NCBI GenBank assembly: GCA_965116565.1
Contig: OZ220699.1
Span: 2,506,858-2,570,857, forward strand
DNA: 64,000 bases
DNA from: Dehalococcoidia bacterium
GTDB lineage: Bacteria; Chloroflexota; Dehalococcoidia; Lucifugimonadales; UBA3495
Direction of reading: 5' to 3'
The notes beneath the pieces were generated by a model that did no database searches, had not been told where the DNA came from, and saw only the letters and a list, made by a program, of their open reading frames with translations. Position numbers and translations under genes: made by a program. The stretch's first letter is position 1. Each line of letters opens with the position of its first letter. Below are positions 20,950-31,636 of the stretch, piece after piece.

Positions 20950-21537
20950 GTTCAATACGCCGTTGCATACAACGGGCCGGCTGCATTGGGATACGTATCA
21001 AGAGGACTCGGAACTTATGGCGTACGCCGATGATCTCGGGTACGCCGAGGCGCGGGTCGGAGAGCGTTTCACGACCCAGTCATGGTGGCCGATCGGAAGG
21101 CAAGGTTGGATCACCTGGCGCGAGGTGGGTTCTCTTCCCGTACAGGCTCTGGTGGCGTCCCCACGGATTCCGATACGTTCGCGTTGGGTCGGCAATCCGG
21201 CCAGCAGCGGAACCTGATGCGGGCACCCGCTGAACTGACCGTGTATTTTCTTCCCCGGTCGGGCCAGGGCCTGCGCGGAATGGCCGCTATCAAAACATCG
21301 CCGAACATGCCTCATCCGGCTCTCACACCAGAGTACATGCTGCAGAATCTCTGGATCGCCGGCGACCCGTACCATTGCGGTAAACAGCTCCGTAAGCCGC
21401 ATGAAAACACTGGCGGGTTCGGCACGCCGTCGACTTTGTCCCACGAGTGGGGCGACGAACGCGCCAGGGGACTGCGTTCGTCGAAGTTGCTGTCAGAGAG
21501 CATCCTGCCGCGATTGGATGACCTCTCCCTCGAATGA
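20917..21537 (+). pseudogene. Decayed LLM-class monooxygenase gene (duplication frameshift, internal frameshift and deletion)
   Basis: An N-terminal LLM signature (KLGLFNTPLH...YAEARVGERF) in one frame and a C-terminal signature (WIAGDPYHCGKQLRK..GGFGT...RSSKLLSESILPRL) in another. The total is only about 620 bp. Confidence 0.65.
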
Positions 21538-21579
21538 TTCCACCCTCATGCGTCCGGACGCCAAGGCAAGGAGGCCAAT

Positions 21580-21906
21580 ATGTTCATTGCGACCAACCGT
21601 ATCAAAGTCAAAACAGGTTATGGCGACACCCTTGAGCAGATGTTTAAGGCGCGCGGAGCTGTACAGGATCATCCCGGGTTTATCAGCTTCGAGCTCTGGA
21701 AAATGAACCAAACCCCCGACCATGAGGATTTTTTGGTGGTGACGCACTGGGAGACTGAGGAGCACCACCACACCTGGACACGAAGCGACGCGTTCCGTTC
21801 CGCGCACGCCGGCGGCCCGCCCGACTTCCTGCTGGGGCCCGGCGAATTCCATACCTATGAAGTCGTGCATCGTCTGGAGGCGTCTGAAACAGTCGCAACA
21901 GACTAG
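21580..21906 (+). CDS. Antibiotic-biosynthesis-monooxygenase (ABM) domain protein, IsdG/HmoA-like
   Basis: 108 aa. MFIATNRIKVK...FLVVTHWETEEHHHTWTRSDAFRSAH is typical of ABM heme-degrading-like proteins. Confidence 0.8.
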   Translation: MFIATNRIKVKTGYGDTLEQMFKARGAVQDHPGFISFELWKMNQTPDHEDFLVVTHWETEEHHHTWTRSDAFRSAHAGGPPDFLLGPGEFHTYEVVHRLEASETVATD

Positions 21907-21935
21907 CAATTTCCGTCCGACCGCGACGGCCAAGA

Positions 21936-21963
21936 GCCCCGGTCATTCCGGGGCCGCGTTTTG
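21936..21963 (+). terminator. Intrinsic terminator after the ABM gene
   Basis: GCCCCGG-TCATT-CCGGGGC followed by CGCGTTTTG. Confidence 0.55.
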
Positions 21964-22166
21964 CTGCCAACCGCGTATCGGGGTGCCTCATTGGCGTCCG
22001 TCATTGACCGAAATGGCCGCGGCTAGACGCGGACAAGGACCGGCCGCCTTCCACGGGCTCACCTGGGGTCCGCGTGCCCGGAGCCGCCGGCCCAGGGCGC
22101 AAAAAAGTGAAGGCAAACTGATATAGTTCGCTCATTTACCGCCGTACTCTTTGAAGGAGGCCGCAC

Positions 22167-23417
22167 ATGGGGCCGTTCAAATCTGCGACACTCGTACCGG
22201 AGCAATTCGGTCCTCTACAGGGAGTCCGAATACTGTCCACCGGTACTATCGTCGCTGAGCCGGTGGCCGCCGGAATGGCCGCGGACATGGGCGCCGAAGT
22301 GATCCATATCGAACGCCCGGGAGGGGGAGAGGATTGGCGTCATGCAGAGTTTCCAATCGTGGCGCCCGATGGGGAACTGGTAGCCAGTTCCTGGATCCAG
22401 GATCACCGCAACATGTACCACACCACGCTGGACTTCAGTACCTCGGAGGGTCGCGAGATATTCCTTAAGCTCGCCGAACGGTCCGACATTTGGATGGAGA
22501 GCTCCAAAGCGCGCACCTACGACAAATGGGGCCTGGATGACGCGACGGTGCTGTCGGCCAACCCGGGCATCGTAATCTGTCATATCTCGGGATACGGGCA
22601 AACCGGCGACCCTGAGCACGTAGCCCGCGCCTCCTACGATTTCACGGCGCAGGCTTTCGGCGGCATGATGAACCTGGTGGGTAATCCGGAACCGGACCCA
22701 CCCACCCGTGCGGTACCGTGGACGGCGGATTACATCACCGCCCTATTCTGCCTTTGGTCGACGCTGGCGGCGTACATTCACGCGCAACGAACTGGACAGG
22801 GACAGGTCATCGACCTCGCCCAATACGAGGCGGTCCACCGTATCTTGTCCGGAACCATGGTGGCATACCATGAGTTGGGAATTGTGCGAGAGAGGGCGGG
22901 CAACAAAGCCGGCAACGCTCAACCTTGGGATACCTTTCAAGCGCGGGACGGCTGGGTGGTGATCGCTGCCGTCGGGCCAGCGGTCTATGCCAGGGTTTGT
23001 CGCGTTCTGGAACTGGACCCCAACGAGGAAAAATGGGTCAAAGCGCGACGGGAGGTCAATTCGCCCGAAGGTATTGAGTTTGACGCCATCCTTCGTGGTT
23101 GGGTCCTGGACCGGACCGTGGACGAGGTGGTGAAGATTTTCAACGATGCGCTGATAGGGTGCAGCAGAATCATGAACGCCCAGGAGATGGCCGAGAACGC
23201 GCAGTACCGCGCCCGAGAGGTCCACGTCGAGTGGGAAGACCAGCAACTGGGGCGACCGGTAAGGGGCGTTGGCATAGTCCCCAAGTTTTCCGAAACGCCG
23301 GGTAAGATTTGGCGCGGCTCGGTCCCGGTCGGTCACGACAATGATCTTGTGTACGGCGATCTCTTGGGGATAACGCCTGAAACCCTCCGGGAACTGGCGG
23401 CGCGGAACGTCATATGA
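22167..23417 (+). CDS. Family III CoA-transferase (CaiB/BaiF), third paralog
   Basis: GVRILSTGTIVAEPVAA N-terminus and full-length family resemblance. GGAGG upstream of the ATG. Confidence 0.9.
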   Translation: MGPFKSATLVPEQFGPLQGVRILSTGTIVAEPVAAGMAADMGAEVIHIERPGGGEDWRHAEFPIVAPDGELVASSWIQDHRNMYHTTLDFSTSEGREIFLKLAERSDIWMESSKARTYDKWGLDDATVLSANPGIVICHISGYGQTGDPEHVARASYDFTAQAFGGMMNLVGNPEPDPPTRAVPWTADYITALFCLWSTLAAYIHAQRTGQGQVIDLAQYEAVHRILSGTMVAYHELGIVRERAGNKAGNAQPWDTFQARDGWVVIAAVGPAVYARVCRVLELDPNEEKWVKARREVNSPEGIEFDAILRGWVLDRTVDEVVKIFNDALIGCSRIMNAQEMAENAQYRAREVHVEWEDQQLGRPVRGVGIVPKFSETPGKIWRGSVPVGHDNDLVYGDLLGITPETLRELAARNVI

Positions 23418-23457
23418 CGAGTCCCCATTGACGAGTCATCGTAGAAGCGACCAAGAC

Positions 23458-23483
23458 AAAGCCCCCGGTTCGCCGGGGGCTTT
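23458..23483. terminator. Bidirectional hairpin terminator between the CoA-transferase gene and tRNA-Met
   Basis: AAAGCCCCCGG-TTCG-CCGGGGGCTTT, flanked by A/T runs on both sides. Confidence 0.6.
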
Positions 23484-23501
23484 GCAAATATGGTTTTTGT
23501 T

Positions 23502-23576
23502 TGGTAGCGGGGGTTGGACTCGAACCAACGACCTTCGGGTTATGAGCCCGACGAGCTGCCACTGCTCCACCCCGCA
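23502..23576 (-). tRNA. Initiator-type tRNA-Met (CAU)
   Basis: The hand-folded cloverleaf shows these features:
- anticodon loop CTCATAA
- three G:C pairs closing the anticodon stem
- A11:U24
- an unpaired 1:72 (U.U)
- an encoded CCA. Confidence 0.9.
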
Positions 23577-23585
23577 TCGTTCCGG

Positions 23586-23636
23586 CGGTTCTGAGCCCGA
23601 TCCACCTCCGGCGGACCGCCGCTCCACCCCGCATCA
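23586..23636 (-). pseudogene. Degenerate copy of the 5' half of the tRNA-Met gene
   Basis: It shares GCTCCACCCCGCATC (15/15) and TGAGCCCGA with the adjacent tRNA gene, has an insertion in the D region, and lacks a T-arm and 3' acceptor strand. Confidence 0.7.
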
Positions 23637-23646
23637 ACAGTGAAAG

Positions 23647-23714
23647 AAAACTGAAATAGGAAGCCTGAACTGTTTCGTCGAGAACCGAGCCAGGAATTTG
23701 AAGCTCCTGGCGTG
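23647..23714 (-). other. 3' arm of the pre-23S processing stem
   Basis: Near-perfect complementarity over about 70 nt to 26784-26849, which is the classical RNase III-type processing helix. Confidence 0.8.
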
Positions 23715-26783
<3,069 letters not shown>

Positions 26784-26849
26784 CGCTAGGAACTTCAAAT
26801 TCCCTAGACTCGGTTCTTTATGCAGTTCAGACTTCCTATTCAGTTTTTA
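26784..26849 (-). other. 5' arm of the pre-23S processing stem
   Basis: Complementary to 23647-23714. Confidence 0.8.
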
Positions 26850-26932
26850 ACGTGCTCCAACCGTCCGTGGCCGACTCGGCGTTTCGCCGGTTGCTCCGCC
26901 GCATCCATCTGGAAACGGCATCCGTTCAGTTG

Positions 26933-26961
26933 GTGGACATGGAGTATATGACTAAACCGGT
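26933..26961 (-). promoter_or_regulatory. Near-consensus sigma70-type promoter for the 23S gene
   Basis: The minus strand reads TTGACG-17 nt-TATACT, about 75 nt upstream of the processing stem. Confidence 0.6.
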
Positions 26962-27006
26962 GTCGCGTCAATAGTCGCGGCCACGCGATCTCATCGACGC
27001 CGGTTC

Positions 27007-27858
27007 TCAGCGCCCCACGAACGGGGGCATCCCGCGGTTCTTGTCCAGGAACCACTGCACCGCGATCTTGTGGTCCTCTGTGCGGCGGACGTGCTCCTGT
27101 GCGGCCGACGCCAGCTCCAGGGCTTCGCGGAACGACAGGTCCATGCTCTCCTGAACCAGATACTTGGTGAGGGAATGCGCCACGGTTGGCCCCCTGGCGA
27201 TGCGCGTGGCCAGCTCCATCGCGCCCTCCATCAACTGGTCGTCGGGGAAGCACTTGCTGGCCAGCCCGATGCGCACCGCGTCTTCCCCGCCCATCCAGTC
27301 CCCGGTGTACTGGAGCAGGAGGGTGTTGCTGGTCCCGATCAATTTGGGCAGTTGCCAGCAGCTGCCGTCCCCGGGAATCAACCCGTTCAGCACGAACCGT
27401 TCAGACAACCGGCCGCTGTCCCCCACGATCCGTATGTCGCACGACAGGGCGAGCCCACAACCGACCCCGGCCGCAGGGCCGTTGACCACCGCGATCGACG
27501 GCTTTTGCAGGTCGTGGACGCGCAAGGGCACGAAATTGACCCGAGGCCCGCTTTCGGAACTCCGCGGCCGGCCTTTGATGTATTCCATCTTGCCCCAGGT
27601 CAGCGGCTCCGGTTCGCTTTGCGCCGCGCGCTCGTCGATGCGCTGTCGGAAACCGCGCACGTTGGCCCCGGAACAGAAAGACGGCTCGGTGCCCGTTAAT
27701 ACCAGCACCCGCTCCTCCGGGTCGTTTTCAAATTGGTCCAAGCGCTCGAACATCTCCGCGGCCATGTCCGGCCCCAACGCGTTACGCGTCGGCGGATCGT
27801 GCATGGTCATCACCAACACGCCGTCCACCACTTCGGTTTTGATAAATTCGTATGCCAT
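27007..27858 (-). CDS. Enoyl-CoA hydratase/isomerase (crotonase) family protein
   Basis: Crotonase fold sequence (FCSGANV, IAVVNGPAAGVGCGLAL). Confidence 0.9.
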   Translation of the reverse strand: MAYEFIKTEVVDGVLVMTMHDPPTRNALGPDMAAEMFERLDQFENDPEERVLVLTGTEPSFCSGANVRGFRQRIDERAAQSEPEPLTWGKMEYIKGRPRSSESGPRVNFVPLRVHDLQKPSIAVVNGPAAGVGCGLALSCDIRIVGDSGRLSERFVLNGLIPGDGSCWQLPKLIGTSNTLLLQYTGDWMGGEDAVRIGLASKCFPDDQLMEGAMELATRIARGPTVAHSLTKYLVQESMDLSFREALELASAAQEHVRRTEDHKIAVQWFLDKNRGMPPFVGR

Positions 27859-28333
27859 TGAGTTGACCTCGCCGACCCCGGACGGGTCTCCAGGGTGAAA
27901 ATTTCGTGCATTCTACCCGGCGGCGACATGGCCGGCTACCGCCGCAGGTGCGGTCGACATCGCAAGCGATCAACGCCACGGCGGTTTCACCGTAGATGCG
28001 AATTGGCAACCCCGCTTTCCTGCTCACGCGTACCCAATTACTCATCGCGTTGAGCGGAGTCCGCCTCCCGCGCAATGCCAATCCGATGACATCGCTCCCT
28101 TGCCCCTCCCAACATCCCATCCTTACCATTCAAATATCACATCGCCTCACGCCATCAATCGTCCAACGCCCTCCGGCGCCCAACCCTCGAACCGTCCCAT
28201 CCCCAACCCCCAACGCCGCACCCCCAAATCCTCCCGCCCACCCGCCAAAACCTTCAACATCGCTCCCAATACCCGCCCAAACCGTCCCCATTCACTCCCA
28301 CCAGCCAACCCAACGCCCTACTCAAATAAACGC

Positions 28334-28353
28334 AAATGAGCGGAAATGAGCGG
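28334..28353 (+). repeat. 10-bp tandem repeat x2 (AAATGAGCGG)
   Basis: Exact tandem copies, read directly from the sequence. Confidence 0.9.
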
Positions 28354-28392
28354 GTTTTCGCAAATATCCTCACCATCCCACTCCAATCCCCA

Positions 28393-28426
28393 ATCCCGTT
28401 CATCCCGTTCATCCTGTTCATCCCGG
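28393..28426 (+). repeat. 9-bp tandem repeat, about 3.7 copies (ATCCCGTTC)
   Basis: ATCCCGTTC ATCCCGTTC ATCCTGTTC ATCCCGG. Confidence 0.9.
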
Positions 28427-28452
28427 TAAAACTCCCCGTCAGAGGTAACCCC

Positions 28453-28668
28453 ATGACCCTCTCCCAACTCCGCCGCCGCATTGACGCCCTCAAGCGCAAA
28501 TTCGCGCCCGAACTCGCCATCATCAGGCTCCGCCGCTACCTCGACGACACCCAACGCCGGGAAGATGTCCTCAAACCTGAATCCATCGTCCTCAGACTCC
28601 TCCCCTGGGCCAGCGCCCACCGCTATAGCGACCTCCTCCGCTGGGAATTGCCTGTCCCAACCGGGTAA
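28453..28668 (+). CDS. Small hypothetical protein (71 aa, Arg-rich, helical-looking)
   Basis: ATG preceded by AGAGG at 7 nt (MTLSQLRRRIDALKRKFAPELAIIRLRRYLDD...). The coding strand is G-poor, like the upstream tract. Confidence 0.35.
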   Translation: MTLSQLRRRIDALKRKFAPELAIIRLRRYLDDTQRREDVLKPESIVLRLLPWASAHRYSDLLRWELPVPTG

Positions 28669-28804
28669 CGATGGTGATTCCCCAAATTGGGTGCGCGTGA
28701 GGTTTTCCCGACGGTTTGCCAACCACCGGGCCATAGCCTAAAATTCGGACATTGTATTTGGATCGTTACCTGGGTCGATACGCAACGCCAGCAGGAGTTA
28801 CGCT

Positions 28805-29242
28805 ATGCAAACCGGATCCATCGTCAATCTCCATATCGCCCGCGTCAAAGGTACCCCATCAGACCCGGTTGAGTCCGCGCGTGCCGTCTCTGCGGAGGGC
28901 ATCGAAGGAGACCGCAGCCGGAACCCCCGGAACCTTCGGCAGGTGTTGGTCATGGACAAAGAAACGCTCGACCACTACGGACTCGAGCCGGGCAAGATCA
29001 AGGAGAACATTACCGTGACGGGTCTGGACCTATCCCAGGCGCGCCAGGGTCATGTTTTCTTCATAGGAGAGGAGGGTAACCAGGTGACTCTTGAGGTTAC
29101 CGGCGACTGTGAGCCGTGCCAGAAAATGGACGCGCTGATACCGGGCCTGCGGGAAGAAATATTCGGCCGGAGGGGAATCCTTACTGTAGTGCTCCAGGGT
29201 GGAGATATCAATGTTGGGGATGCCATTCGCTTGGAGCCGTAG
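28805..29242 (+). CDS. MOSC domain protein
   Basis: 145 aa with the conserved Cys region (VTGDCEPCQKMD). AGGAG upstream of the ATG. Confidence 0.85.
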   Translation: MQTGSIVNLHIARVKGTPSDPVESARAVSAEGIEGDRSRNPRNLRQVLVMDKETLDHYGLEPGKIKENITVTGLDLSQARQGHVFFIGEEGNQVTLEVTGDCEPCQKMDALIPGLREEIFGRRGILTVVLQGGDINVGDAIRLEP

Positions 29243-29300
29243 CGCCAGACGGCATAACTTTTTGCACGCGAACACTCATATATAGTTGAGGGAGTCCGAA

Positions 29301-30692
29301 ATGCGATATTGGTCTGTAGCATCCTTCCGCCCTTACCGAATCCCTGCGCTGGCGGTGGCTCTTGCCCTGCCAGCGCTCGCTTTTATCGGGTGGCCACATG
29401 TAGCACATGCCGCTGGCGTTGACACGGAAACCCAGTTCGTCTTGAACACCTTCGCGTTCCTGATTTGGGGCGCTTTGGTGATGTGGATGTGCGCCGGGTT
29501 CACGATGCTCGAGGCAGGTTCGGTGCGCACCAAGAACGCCTCTATGATCTGTCTCAAGAACATCGGACTCTACTCCATCGCCGGGCTGGCGTTTTATTTC
29601 ATCGGCTACAACCTGATGTACAACAATGTGCAGCAGGTCATCGGGACCGTGGTGTGGCCGTTGTACGGCCCGTCCGGCGACGAATTGGCGCTCCTGAGTG
29701 GGGATGATTCCGCCCTGGCCGCCGTGGTTGACAACGGATACTCCGTCATGTCGGACTGGTTCTTCCAGATGGTGTTCGTGGCGACCACCGCCTCCATCAT
29801 CTCCGGCGCTCTGGCCGAACGGGTCAAGATGTGGAGTTTCTTCCTGTTCACTCTGCTGTTGACGGCGTTCATGTATCCGATCATCGGCTCCTGGACCTGG
29901 GGCGGTGGATGGTTGGCCGGGATGGGATTCCAGGACTTCGCCGGTTCCACCATCGTGCACAGCACCGGGGGATGGGCAGCGCTCGCCGGCGCGTTGGTAA
30001 TCGGGCCCCGGCTGGGTAAATTCAGGCGTGACGGTTCGGCTCGCGCCACGCCTCCCTCCAACGTGGTGCTGGTTACGCTGGGCGTGTTCGTCCTGTGGTT
30101 TGGGTGGTTCGGATTCAACGGCGGGTCGCAACTGGCCCTCGGCTCCGCATTCGACGCCGTAGCCATGAGTAACGTGCTGGTCAATACCAACCTGGCGGCG
30201 GCGGCGGGAGTGATAACCGCGCTCAGCCTGTCCAGGCTGGTCTTCGGACGGATCGACCTGCTGGTAGGACTGAACGGAGGATTGGCCGGGCTGGTTGCCA
30301 TCACGGCGGGGCCGGACATCGTCCCGCACGCCTGGTCGGTGCTGATCGGCATCGTGGGCGGCGCCATCTGTACCGGCGGCATCAGGCTCCTGGAGATCGT
30401 GAAAGTTGACGACGTGGTCGGAGCGGTGCCGGTACACCTGTTTGCCGGGATCTGGGGAACCCTCGCGGTGTGCATCGCCGCCGGCGGCAACTTCGTGGTC
30501 CAGTTGATCGGCATCCTCTCCATCGGCGCGTTCGTGTTTGGCTCGTCGTGGGTGGTCTGGTTTGCCATCGAAAAGACCGTCGGAGCCCGGGTGTCGGAGG
30601 ATACCGAACGGTTGGGCCAGGACACCGCCGAACTCGGCATGGAGTCCTACCCCGAATTCGTCCTCATGCCCGAACCAATGGACGACGACTAG
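29301..30692 (+). CDS. amt: Ammonium transporter
   Basis: Amt/MEP sequence (multi-TM, FAGSTIVHSTGGWAALAGALVIGPR). GAGGGAG lies 6 nt upstream of the ATG at 29301. Confidence 0.9.
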   Translation: MRYWSVASFRPYRIPALAVALALPALAFIGWPHVAHAAGVDTETQFVLNTFAFLIWGALVMWMCAGFTMLEAGSVRTKNASMICLKNIGLYSIAGLAFYFIGYNLMYNNVQQVIGTVVWPLYGPSGDELALLSGDDSALAAVVDNGYSVMSDWFFQMVFVATTASIISGALAERVKMWSFFLFTLLLTAFMYPIIGSWTWGGGWLAGMGFQDFAGSTIVHSTGGWAALAGALVIGPRLGKFRRDGSARATPPSNVVLVTLGVFVLWFGWFGFNGGSQLALGSAFDAVAMSNVLVNTNLAAAAGVITALSLSRLVFGRIDLLVGLNGGLAGLVAITAGPDIVPHAWSVLIGIVGGAICTGGIRLLEIVKVDDVVGAVPVHLFAGIWGTLAVCIAAGGNFVVQLIGILSIGAFVFGSSWVVWFAIEKTVGARVSEDTERLGQDTAELGMESYPEFVLMPEPMDDD

Positions 30693-30704
30693 AGTGCCTG
30701 TGCG

Positions 30705-31556
30705 ATGTCCACAAAATCTGAAGAGATAAGAAATGCGCCAACTCGGAGCACATTAGGCATGACGCCAGGGAATTACACGTGGGAGGAGGCCGCTTTTCAT
30801 GTCCTCCAAACAGCGGATCAACCAATGAGAACAACCGACGTCGGCGATCTCATTGCTGAACGTCAACTCACCAAATCGGTAGGCGCTACGCCAACCCAAC
30901 AAGCCAGTGTTGCATTACGCAGTTTGCTCAAGACCGGTCGGATCGAGCAGGTCGGCAAACTATACGCAGTTCCTCAGATTGCCAAAAAAGCCCGAGACGA
31001 AGCTGAGGCCGAGGCCGAGGCTGATTACGAATCTGCATCAGACACCGATAGGCTCACGGTGAGGGCCTATGGACTGTTTTGGGAAAGGAGGCGGGTAAAT
31101 TGGGCGTCCGGTAGTTCCCTGTTCGGTGAGGCTGGAGGCGACCGAGTAAATTTTGCGGACCAGGACGGCATTTACCTTTTGCACAACGGCAACGAAATAA
31201 CCTACGTAGGGCAAACTCGAACACAAACTGCAACTTACGGCCTGTACCGTCGTTTGCAAGATCACCACAAAGACAGGCGAAAAACCGACCGTTGGGACAC
31301 TTTTTCTTGGTTTGGATTTCGCCCAGTGGATGACTCCGGGGTTTTGGGACAAGCGCCTCAATTGGCCGAACTCGGCGACGTCTTAAATCTGATCGAAGCT
31401 ATCCTAATCGAAGGATTGATGCCTAGACTCAACATGCAGAGTGCTCCTAACTCAAAAGATTGGCTAGAGGAGAACCAATATTTCCAAATCGAAGATCCTC
31501 AGCTTATCGCGCAACGGTTTGCGGCATTGGCTTCGGTTGGAAGTGCTTTAGGATGA
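30705..31556 (+). CDS. HARE-HTH (winged-helix) + GIY-YIG nuclease fusion protein
   Basis: - N-terminus TWEEAAFHVLQTADQPMRTTDVGDLI...GATPTQQASVALRSLLKTG resembles HARE-HTH.
- C-terminus GIYLLHNGNEITYVGQT...LYRRLQDHH...IEAILIEGLMPRLN resembles GIY-YIG.
- GC content is clearly lower than in the neighbouring genes. Confidence 0.7.
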   Translation: MSTKSEEIRNAPTRSTLGMTPGNYTWEEAAFHVLQTADQPMRTTDVGDLIAERQLTKSVGATPTQQASVALRSLLKTGRIEQVGKLYAVPQIAKKARDEAEAEAEADYESASDTDRLTVRAYGLFWERRRVNWASGSSLFGEAGGDRVNFADQDGIYLLHNGNEITYVGQTRTQTATYGLYRRLQDHHKDRRKTDRWDTFSWFGFRPVDDSGVLGQAPQLAELGDVLNLIEAILIEGLMPRLNMQSAPNSKDWLEENQYFQIEDPQLIAQRFAALASVGSALG

Positions 31557-31583
31557 GGTAGCGACCGATTGACCTCTAAAGTT

Positions 31584-31616
31584 TCAGGGAGGCCGCTTGG
31601 CCTCCCTGAATTTTTG
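31584..31616. terminator. Canonical rho-independent terminator between convergent genes
   Basis: TCAGGGAGGCC-GCTT-GGCCTCCCTGA followed by ATTTTTG. Confidence 0.8.
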
Positions 31617-31636
31617 AAATCACTCTGGCGGTGCGG

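Noticed and set aside
23577-23714. Possible 5S rRNA in the spacer between 23S and tRNA-Met.
   Set aside because: It has no match to conserved 5S segments (e.g. CCGAACTCAGAAGTGAAAC or the GGGAGAGTAGG-type helix) on either strand. The spacer is too short once the processing-stem arm and the tRNA half-copy are accounted for. It still needs a covariance-model check.
26840-27253. 137-aa minus-strand ORF spanning the 23S promoter region and the crotonase 3' end.
   Set aside because: It runs out of frame through the crotonase gene, has an Arg/Gly/Pro-rich translation, and overlaps the predicted rRNA promoter.
27996-28349. 117-aa Pro-rich ORF across the G-depleted tract.
   Set aside because: The open frame is an expected by-product of a tract nearly lacking G, where stop codons are rare. 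No RBS was seen. It is kept only as a possibility within the finding for that tract.
28334-28426. CRISPR-like array or other repeat-spacer structure (also considered at 49883-49927 and 46503-46529).
   Set aside because: The repeats are 9-15 bp, directly tandem or only two copies, with no spacers of CRISPR size and no cas genes in the window.
29243-29300. Possible nitrogen-regulator site (NtcA/GlnR-type) or glutamine riboswitch upstream of amt.
   Set aside because: I found no GTA-N8-TAC or GlnR-box match by eye, and the leader is too short for the known glutamine riboswitch folds.
29208-30640. 409-aa and 344-aa ORFs on the minus strand.
   Set aside because: They are antisense to the ammonium transporter gene and their composition is implausible.
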